Source: Perkinsus chesapeaki ATCC PRA-425
Lineage: Eukaryota > Protista > Perkinsozoa
Assembly (NCBI GenBank): GCA_013115145.1
Contig: JAAPAO010000031.1
Span: forward strand, 58,788 to 122,787
Direction of reading: 5' to 3'
DNA length: 64,000 nt
Shown here one piece after another: positions 54,858 to 64,000 of this stretch (position 1 is its first letter; every line of letters starts with the position of its first letter). A program made the position numbers and the translations under genes. Under the pieces are notes generated by a model. The model was not told the origin of the DNA. It made no database searches and saw nothing but the letters and a program-made list of their open reading frames with translations.

Positions 54858-56551
54858 ATGGACAACACCCCCGAAGGCTGGTATCGCGGTCTGCCTGTTG
54901 TTACCAGAGCCGTCTTCACAGCAATGTTCGTAACGACTTGTCTAGTTCAAATGGGGTAGTAGGGGCGCGATTTGGGGAAAGAGCGGTAGGGAATCTTCAG
55001 GCTCTTGAACCCGATGCTGGTTATCTTGGACTGGCGGTTGGTCTACGAAAAGTTCAACATTTGGAGGATCTTCACAAGCGTGCTCTTTCTCGGCAAATTC
55101 AGTTTCAACTTCGTCATGCAGGTGAAAGGGATGGACGCTTTCGCGTCTGTGACTGTTGGTTTTTCAGCTTTACTTTTTCACGTCCTTCGGTTCCAAATTG
55201 GAGCGCTCCGATAGGTTCAGCGCCATGCCCGGGGACTATGCGTAGGTCCATACCGCTTCCTCGTCTGGTAACACCTTGTAGTTACTTCACGGTTGTTGTG
55301 ACATTCCTTATTGCCGTTTTATCGATATTCCTCAACTACCCCAGTGGCCTACCGCTCCTCGGTCCATCTTTCATATTTGCTATCATATACTACTGGTCAA
55401 GGTAATAGTGAAGCAGGTGGCAGTCCGTAGGGATATTATTCAGGATCGAACCGAATGCGCAGTTGTCCTTCTTTGGGTTTGTGATACAGGGGTATCAGTT
55501 CCCCTTCGCCCTTATGTTCTTCACCATGCTAATGGGCGGGTAAGCCGACCTACTTTGTATCTTTGGCGCTATCTGCATGATTTATCTAGTCTTAAATCTA
55601 ATTCATCTGTAGCGAGGGTGACTCGTTATTCATCGCCTGTAGACACTTTAGATGGCGAATATCTAGACCCTCTACCTCGAATGAAATAACAAGCTGGAGA
55701 TGTTAACCTCCGTGAGCAGATCATTTCCTCGGCGAGCCTTTAGTATGCTACTTAGTGATGCTTTACGGTGGTGCTAAATTCAACCATCATTGCCAAGCGC
55801 CCTGCTAACGTTCCTCTTCTGGTAACTCGTATAAATCAACGCCGCATAAAAATGAAGAGTGATACTCAGCAAACAAAAACACAACAGACACTCCCTAGTT
55901 CTCTAGGAGTGGCGGGCGGCAAAGTTGGATGCATCGCAGAGGCATGCTCCTTGCTTAAGCGCATCGTTCTCCATCTTGACTGAGCAGGCACTTTGGACGG
56001 GAACCAATCTTCACGCAAGAGTATTAACCTCGATTGCGTCCAGATAGTAGTTCCATCGAGCGCAGTACGATATTTCACCCTGTCAGTTTCGGGCGTATCA
56101 TCCCGCAAATCTCATAGCAGACTCCTCGTGTCTCAGTACTACTAACATCCTTGGTTCGTATTTGGTTTCGCGAGAAAGACAATTCCCCGATTTCATATCG
56201 AATACTATTTTAATACGTCTTCAGAGATATCTGGATGGACGTCCTCGGTCTGGGGGCGGCCCACATCTACTACTTCCTCCGCGATGTAGTGCCGATGGAG
56301 TACGGCAAAGAGTATCTTAAAACACCGGAGTTCATGTAGGCCGTTGTTGGTTATGACGGAACTGATGTTTGTGCCGAGTAGGAACAAGCTTATGGTGCGA
56401 GCTGGAGCGGGACAGCCTGGCGCTGCGGCGAACTATCAGCGGTAATCGCTTCCCTGCCGGTGATTCTCTGTTATTGCTGGGTTTCAGGCAAGCCGAGATG
56501 CGCCATCAAAGAGACATGCGTTTCACTGGGGAGGGCCATCGCCTTGGATAA
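54858..56551 (+). CDS. DER1: Derlin (Der1-like ERAD membrane protein), multi-exon
   Basis: MDNTPEGWYRGLPVVTRAVFT..., VYEKFNIWRIFTSVLFLGKFSFNFVMQ, GPSFIFAIIYYWSR, GLGAAHIYYFLRDVVP, C-terminal FTGEGHRLG*. Confidence 0.93.
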
Positions 56552-57044
56552 ACACTGAACACTTACAATACACTATTAGTTTTACACTCTTTCACTGGCC
56601 TTGTGTTTGTCATTCGTCCATACGGAGGCCTACCCGTTGTATTGGTTAGCTTACTATTGGGTCTCTGCCTTTCCGTGCCGCATTTGAAGGTTTTGGGTTG
56701 TTTAGTGGGGTAGTGCGCTCCTGTGATTGCCAAGGGAAGTCACTCTTGAAATCGCTGATTTCCAAGTCACGTTGTCATTATTCTATTCACATTACTTAGC
56801 CTCTTCGATCCACAGCCGTGGATGAAACGGCTGTGGATATTGCTATATCAGCTATATCCGAGGAGAGGCGCGCCGATACGTTATTATTTAAAATCTTTAT
56901 AAGGATATTTTTCACTTATCAAACATATCAATCTCATCGTATTCGGTTACGTTCCATGAAAATTTCATAGCAAAAATCGATTGCACTTGAGATTGCGCAA
57001 AGCTGGTTGTTTCCGTCAGCCCCTCGTTGTGTGGTTTGTTTCCA

Positions 57045-58454
57045 ATGCGTTCTCCCTACAGTGCGATCTACAGTGGATTCGTCCAGGTGGTTCTCACAGG
57101 CATCATCGCCTTCTGTTCCGTGGGCTTCTTTAACGCTCTCCAAGGCCTGGGCGGCGCCGGTTCCTCGAACCCTTCGGCCAACAACGCTGCCAATGCCAGC
57201 CTCTACCTAACCTTTGCTGTCACTGGTTATCTCGGCGGCGCATTTTTCAACCTGCTAGGTCCCCGTGTACTCATGTCCTCCGGTTGCCTAGCATTTGCCT
57301 TCTACGCTCTTTCAGCCTACCTGGCCGGTATGAACAACTCGCTTCAATGGCTCTTTATTTCTTCTGGTGTGGTTCTTGGTATCGGCGCTGGTTGGCTATG
57401 GACAGCCCAGGGAGCTTTGATGTTAGCATACGCCCCTCAGCACCGGAAGGGTTATTATATATCCGTTTTCTGGGCGATCTTCAACCTTGGTGGCGTCATT
57501 GGTGGTCTCCTAGCATTTGCTCTCAACTCCCACACTTCCTCGGATTCCCCTTCCAGTGCCAACACCGCATCGTATTTCGTGTTCGTTGGCGTTATGCTGC
57601 TCGGTGTTGTAATAGCGGCAGTCGGTTTGGTGTCGCCAAGCAAAGTCGTCCGCGAGGACGGTTTCACTGTGACGGTCCAGCCGTGCATGAGCCCTGGTAA
57701 GGAGATCCTCGGGGCGCTGTCGGTCAGTTTTGACAAGAACATGTTGCTCTTATCGTTACTCTTCTTTTCTAGTAATTACTTTTATACGTATATTTTCAAC
57801 GCCTTCAACGGCGTCCTATTTACCGTTCGCACTCGCGGCCTCAACAGCGCTATCTTCTGGCTCTCGCAAATGCTCGGCGCGTGGCTTCTGGGTTTGGTCT
57901 TGGACTCCTCCAAAAGGAAAGTACGATCCAGATCGAGAAGCGGTTACTGGTGCACGGCGGGCTCTACCACCCTGGCCTTCATTTTAGGCGCCTACGTACA
58001 GTACTGTTATCGAGGCGGCTACGACAGAGATGACGACATCCGCAAACTTATCGACGTCACCAACGGTGATTATTGGCTGCCCTGCCTCTCTGTTATCGCC
58101 TACGGCTTCATGGCGGCCTCCATTCAAGTATATAGTTACTGGCTTATTGGTATCCTCGGCAGCACCGATGCAACTCTAGCGGCGAGATACTCTGGTTTCT
58201 ACAAGGGCATCCAGTCCTTGGGAGCTACTCTTGGCTGGACCCTCGATCTCGAGACGTTCGGCATTCCCTATACCACTCAGTTCCTGCTGTGCTGGATTCT
58301 CCTGTCCGTCGCTCTGTTACCGACATTCTTCGTGTCTGGGTCGGCGCCGGCCTCCTGGCTCAAGCTTGACCAGACTACCGGTGTCGGTCTGAGCCGAGAA
58401 AGCTCCCGTGCGTGCGAGGCCTCGGCTGTGAGTTCCGGTCCGGCTCCAGCGTGA
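57045..58454 (+). CDS. Intronless UNC-93-like MFS transporter (about 470 aa)
   Basis: Long ORF with about 12 hydrophobic segments; QVVLTGIIAFCSVGFFNALQGLGGAG, GAGWLWTAQG..MLAYAP...KGYYISVFWAIFNLGGVIGG, RTRGLNS, ARYSGFYKGIQSLG are UNC-93-like motifs. Confidence 0.9.
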   Translation: MRSPYSAIYSGFVQVVLTGIIAFCSVGFFNALQGLGGAGSSNPSANNAANASLYLTFAVTGYLGGAFFNLLGPRVLMSSGCLAFAFYALSAYLAGMNNSLQWLFISSGVVLGIGAGWLWTAQGALMLAYAPQHRKGYYISVFWAIFNLGGVIGGLLAFALNSHTSSDSPSSANTASYFVFVGVMLLGVVIAAVGLVSPSKVVREDGFTVTVQPCMSPGKEILGALSVSFDKNMLLLSLLFFSSNYFYTYIFNAFNGVLFTVRTRGLNSAIFWLSQMLGAWLLGLVLDSSKRKVRSRSRSGYWCTAGSTTLAFILGAYVQYCYRGGYDRDDDIRKLIDVTNGDYWLPCLSVIAYGFMAASIQVYSYWLIGILGSTDATLAARYSGFYKGIQSLGATLGWTLDLETFGIPYTTQFLLCWILLSVALLPTFFVSGSAPASWLKLDQTTGVGLSRESSRACEASAVSSGPAPA

Positions 58455-60962
58455 TGTGTTGAGTGATCGACTCGCCCTATTATGCCGCTGTGTGGCATAC
58501 ATGTTGTTGTTACTAAGTGTTCTATATGGAACTCTCGTCCGTTCGGTACTCTAATTAGAGATTAGTAAACTCATTATTTCTTTTTGTGGACAACTACGCA
58601 TCTTTTTGGTATTGTGTTAGTCGTAACGAATGTCGACGATCTAAGGCAACTGTACGATGGGCGATTCGAACGCATCAGACGAGCAGCCCTGCTTGCGAAT
58701 GGAGGTACACTTTGACGGTGCTCGACCAGACATAATGGTTCAGGGAGGAGGGCTTCCTGTGAATGTACGGAAAGGCTAGTATACAATACGAGCTTCGCAG
58801 TACTGTGCAAATTTCCGTGGCATTATCGCCACACCGCTGAAGTGTACTCTAAAAACGCTTGACCTCCTACCAAGCTACCACACGGAATACTTTCAGCGTT
58901 ATGAGTTATGTTACTATCACTTGATCGGTGACGTTAATGCGTAGTGTCAACTGACGTAATTAAACCCCTGCTTGACGACAGTAATACTGATTGTTATTGC
59001 CAAATAACTGTACTGATATTGTCGACTACGGAAAGCAGTGTATGAGGCGACCCTGTGTGGTCATGCCTGCAGTGACTGCTAGGGCATAACTAACCAGCGA
59101 TCTTGCGAAGCGAACTACCTTTTGGTCAGATTCAATGCCTCACGTTCTCGGATACAACACTTATTCAGAAGTCGGACCACAGACAGGTAAGGACAAGGAT
59201 CTCGTGTCGCCTAGCGGAGCCCGAATCGCGAGAAAACCCAGAGTAATCCAATTCAGTTATCGTCAAGCCTGCACGGAGGAGCGATAGAAACCGATCTCGC
59301 AGCGGAAGGCAGCCTAGCAGTGCTCCGCGTTCACCTGGCTTCGCTCGACTCTCAAGTGAAGTGAGGCCGATCGCAAAGCGAGTATTGGCGACGGGCAAAC
59401 TGAAGAGTGCGCTTGGCAGGTACATAGCGGCTCTGTGCCGCGCAGCTGAGGGGCAGGTCCTGTCCGCGGCAGCCAAGGCTATGAAGTGGGAGAGTATACT
59501 CCTCATTTAAGCGGAGCTTTGACATTGATAGTTACTATGTCGGCTACGAAGGAGTTGAGGAAGACCCTTTACTGACGGTTGAAGACGTCCCGCTCGCTGA
59601 AGACGATGCCAACGTTGATTGGTTTGTCATTGGTGTAGCCGAACTGCACCCTCCGAACGCTCGTCAACATATCCTCCAGATACTTATAGTAGAGCGAGGC
59701 CCACGTGGAAAGATCACATCTGTTCACGTGAGCAGGTCCGCAATTTATGACAATAATTGTTGCCTAATGCAGGCCCGTAACGTTTGTTCATTCCCTCAAC
59801 AAACTGGAGAAGTCGAGAGCCAACTACAAGGGTTAATAGAGGACACTAGAGACGACGTCACACAGAACACCCATGGTGAGCGAGGCTCCGGATCGATGTC
59901 ACGCAACCCACCTTAGCGTCAAACACTGGCGACTACACTAGCATGCCGATCCCTACGGTGCGTCGTAGCAGCATCACGAGTAATGAAACTACGGGTCCAC
60001 TCACGTGGACGCCACGCATCCTTCAGGTCAAGCGGAGGCCGAAGCTCGTGGATCAGCTGACGTGATCCCTAATTGGGACGAAGAGCCTCCTAGAAACTCT
60101 TCGACGTAGGCTGAAGCTTATGGCTGTCTGAATTTCTTTAACGGTAGGCCTATAGTAGCCGATGCCTCCAGGATGGCTGAATCGATATCTAGTTCCCGCA
60201 ACAGTGTGTCCACTCAAAACATGCCAAGGTTATCAGCAGTCCCCAGCAAACCTATTGTGTTCCCTTCAGCGACGATGGTACGCCTCTCCCTGCAGAGTCG
60301 CAGAGGGCTCCACTAGAAACCATCAGCAGCTTCAAGACGATACCATCATTACCATTGAGGTCGATTACAACGAGTCTGCGCGGTTAGGATATTCGACTTA
60401 GGAAACTCTCTAGCGCCGAGAGCAGACGACTTTCGAGAGCATCACTGCAACCGGCTTCATGGGACGACCATCCAACAGCATCGTTCGAGTGAGACTGCTC
60501 GCTTATCTGAAACGCAGCACCGCCAACTTCAGCGAGCTCCCGAAAGCTCTCCTAGGGGATCCCGAACCATCATACGCTAACAGACTGTCTCAATCCCGGA
60601 AGTCACTCAGGTGAGTTGACCCGCTAGCTGGGCGAATCAACAGCGCGTATCAATTAGGCACATAGAGCCACCCAAGCTCGACCAGGAAATGGCCGAGGAA
60701 ACCGGATTGCAGGAGTCCGATACAGTGAGGCTATCAAAGACCTACACTACTCTGAAGTATGGAAAAGAGATGCACTCACAAAGCCCGTCCCTTCAGGCCA
60801 AGTGGCAGGAGGGTTGAAACTCGCTCGGTGATGTCACCGGCGAATAAAGGCAATTGGCCGTCGGTGCCGGTCTTGCCTGCGCAGACATCGTACCGGCCAA
60901 GTAAGCTGTGAGCTCTGATAGGCTATCAGTGATGGCTAGGCACTTATCGATGCTCAGGTTCA

Positions 60963-62156
60963 ATGGAGGGTCCAGTCGTGCAGCCCTCAACGTGGTCTAG
61001 TCCTGAAGTCAAATCATCTTTGAGAAACATTGAGTTGGAGGAAGGATATTATGCACCAGCTGTTCTATCGCCAGAGGTGGAGAACGGCAGGCAGCCAGAA
61101 CGAGCAGCCGCCATCGCGACTACCCGAGAGTGTATTCACGACCATGTCTCATTGACCTTCATTGAGCCCCTTGGCAGCCTCACCAACTTCTAAAATGAGG
61201 GTTACAATCGCAGCGAAGGACGAGGAGATCGCTATGCTGAGACAACAGCTTCGGCAGGAGGGCCTCCTCAGAGCTCAACTGTGAGCTGGAGAATCCCCTT
61301 CAGCGGTGATGCTTGCATACAGATACAAACAGCGTGATACAGCTGATGAGGACCAAAAAGCTATAGAAGAGTTTATTGAAGAGCACAGGAAGCTTTTACA
61401 GTCGAAGGCGGCCCTGCATATAGCCTGGTTCTATCTTAGACGCAAACAACACAGGATGGCCAAAGAGCAGATGGTGATGGTTAGACAATTCAACGTTCCT
61501 ACTAGTTGAATATAAAAATGTCGTTTTGAACAAGAAACACTCGGCTTCCTTCGACTGAGTTGTTCTCCGCGGAGCTCAAGCGGTTGAAGAATTACCGAAT
61601 ACGTCTGAGCGTTTCTGAGCTAGTTAGTAACCAATGCTTCCCGGAGATTATTCATCCCCCGCCCCAATCTGTGCTGTCTTCCATAGTTCTCTCCGAAGCA
61701 GTCCCAAACAGCCGGCGCCCGGCATCAGGGAACCCTCGAAAGGCCGTCCGCAGAAAACATGCTTGCTCACCATCTGCGGGAGGTATCACAGCCTTGTCAT
61801 TGCGGACATACCTGCGTTTGCAGAATAATCAGCTTCTTGCCGAAATTACGAAGCTTAGAGGCGAGCTGGAGCGCAAGTCAAAGACCATCGAGAGAATAAG
61901 GAACACCCCGTCCCCTTCGGTGCCCGGCCATCCCATCGCTCTTAAGCAACCGCCTCTGCTTCAGTGCCCTCGTTGTCCACTGCTAGTCCAGCGCCTCGCG
62001 GAGTTGGAGGAACACGTTGTTGAAATGAACCAAGCTGCTGGGGCCCGAATGACGCAAGGTCGAGTAGGAGTTTCGTGTTTAAACTGCATGGTGTCGACAG
62101 ATCTCAACCTCTCGCCGTCCACCTCACAGCAGCCAGTGCAGGCGGGAACGAGGTAG
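60963..62156 (+). CDS. Hypothetical coiled-coil protein, multi-exon; limits approximate
   Basis: Colinear open segments with heptad-like composition (KDEEIAMLRQQLRQE, KAIEEFIEEHRKLLQ, NNQLLAEITKLRGELERKSKTIERI, LVQRLAELEEHV) separated by GT-AG gaps. No family recognised. Confidence 0.45.
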
Positions 62157-63914
62157 GCTTCGGTTAATCATGCTTAGCAGAGGGTGCTCTAATCGTGATA
62201 TCCTTTTCAGTCTGGAGGCCCGTCCTATTCAAGTGTTCGGTAAGGGAGCGAAGCCAGTCGAACAAAGTGAGTAATCTGATTTAAAGGCCAGACTTTTCGA
62301 AGCTGCTTATTATTTAATTATTTAATTTAATATTATTAATATTAATAATAATTCACAATAGAAATGCATTAGATTTTCTTTTTGCCCTAGGGACATATAG
62401 CATAAATGGATTCATCAGGAACACTCGTTTCAGCAAATCTTTGCCTAGAATGTCGATAGCTTTCGGCTTCTTAGTGTAGCTTCCACGTGTCATGAAAAAA
62501 TAGTGACTTCTTACCTACTGGACTGAGCCTAGTATTAGATATTCACGCTTTATTTGTTAGATGGCGGGCCTGTGACATTGATAACCCCAAAGCTCTTGGA
62601 GCAGGGGGAGACCATTGAACGAATAAGACAGCAAGTGAGCAGCACATACCTTGACTGGCCGTACTGAGTTCTGTATGCAGCAGCTCGTGACCATGCACGA
62701 TGAGCTCCAGAAGTCCCGAAGGCGGTCTCAGTCCCCAGCGGAACGATCCAAGCGCGATCCATGGCCGAGTTCCAGAAGGTAGGATGTCCATGTCTATATA
62801 GTTTAACTCTACAAGGCATTTACTTTGTACTCAGGAGCTCCCCTCAACGTACAAGCTAGCATGATAGATACAGACTGTTATGGAATTGTCGTGCCGATTT
62901 TCGTAATGTCGAGTTTTACGCAGTGCGGTGAAGAGCCTTGTGAGACAAGGGATATTCCCAGGGCCACATCTAAGCCCATCGCTCATGATTTGTCAGACAA
63001 ATCATGGACAGTCTAGGTAGTCTAGGTAAAGCCTTTAGTAAAGGAGTTTCAGAAGTAGACAGGCTTTCTCATGCTCGCCCAGTATGACAAGGTCAGTTAA
63101 TCTCAGAAGTTCTCATTCGACAGCAGGATTTAAGCCTTGAATTATTCTAATTATGCACGATTCACAATCAGAATCTGCAAGCCACAGCTGCGGATCGCAG
63201 CATGTGGCTCTGAGGATTCTTAAGCACCAGATTTGTTTTTCCACTTGATACTTTCGTAGCGACGGTAATGTAGTTATCCCTCCGAAAACAGCTCGTTACT
63301 TCAAACGCGACATCAGATGTATTTGAATTTCTCCCTAGGAGAGAATGCCCAGGAGGCTAAGTTGAGCGAGCTCGCGTTGTGCGGCTTGGTGCCAGTCTGA
63401 CAATAAAATTTGTTCATTGAGTGAATACTAATAACAGACTACCAATGACAACATCTCTTGCATGCTAGGCCACAATGCGACAATCCATCGGGGTAACGTG
63501 GTATAGTACGGACCGTACTGTACGGTGCACATCACGGCAGTATTTGCACAGTTATCAATTCCAACAAGCCCCTCTCCCTGCCGTATCGTATTTACAGGGC
63601 CACCCTGATTATGTTGCTACGTATCGCATGAGCAGCGTCATGCCGCGTGACTCATGCCCATTCACACGACCTCACCTACCTCAACTTGAAGTCCTCAAGT
63701 ACATAAGGCCAATCGCCTAGTTTTAGGTCGTGAACCGTTCCCTCGAAAGCAACTTCTGAGAACTGTCTCCCGGTAGGACTCCTCCTGAAGACGCGAACAC
63801 GGCATAACTTTCTGAAATCAAAACAATACTACAATTTTCCACTTTTTTACACCCATTTCGACAATAGTAACTCCTATCTCGACAGCGAGCGAAATCTGTA
63901 TTAAGATTCTTGTG

Positions 63915-64000
63915 TAGTATCCACTTTAATATACCCTGGGAGGTGGTAGTGGTGGTTTAGTATCGGCCACTTCAATATACCCTGGGAGGTGGTAGTGGTG
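63915..64000. repeat. Tandem repeat with a ~46-bp unit, at least 2 copies, running off the right edge
   Basis: ccactt(t/c)aatataccctgggaggtggtagtggtg starts at 63921 and 63967; both copies are preceded by tagtat. Confidence 0.85.

Noticed and set aside
54858-56551. Plastid (SELMA-type) Der1
   Set aside because: The protein starts directly with the Derlin core and has no bipartite leader, so it fits ordinary ERAD.
59165-60990. Probable multi-exon hypothetical gene on the minus strand with one LRR-like segment (LVVIDLNGNDG)
   Set aside because: A single weak motif and an ambiguous exon chain are not enough to call it.
62543-63200. Short overlapping minus-strand ORFs
   Set aside because: No recognisable motif or consistent splice model.
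63915-64000. CRISPR-like direct repeats
   Set aside because: The units are adjacent with no unique spacers and the context is eukaryotic; it is a simple tandem repeat.

Overview
Eukaryotic, intron-rich nuclear DNA with many short (about 40-70 nt) GT-AG introns. Gene content (CDPK with 4 EF-hands, 37-aa helical-repeat RNA-binding protein, lineage-specific secreted families) points to an alveolate, most likely Perkinsus (inference). The six-frame ORFs are mostly exon fragments or antisense shadows, so I rebuilt genes by hand by splicing; exon limits and several start codons are approximate. Recognisable genes: RCC1-repeat protein (runs off the left edge), FkbM-like methyltransferase, cysteinyl-tRNA synthetase, eIF4B-like/W2 protein, CCCH zinc finger, UPF0126/TRIC-type membrane protein, CDPK, TPR protein, DCAF11/LEC14B, HPR/OPR-like protein, cytosolic carboxypeptidase, amidinotransferase, Derlin and a UNC-93-like MFS transporter. 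Best leads: (1) an intronless secreted-protein family with one intact and three decayed copies that share a 3' motif; (2) a 45-aa, 8-Cys secreted peptide; (3) an eIF4B-like N-terminus fused to an eIF4G-type W2 domain with no MIF4G; (4) an amidinotransferase with CyrA-like substitutions next to the catalytic His; (5) a 120-bp copy of DCAF11 sequence 14.5 kb from its source; (6) an antisense tRNA-Ala-like 3' remnant in a CDPK intron; (7) two GC-AG introns. No CRISPR array, rRNA or complete tRNA was seen.
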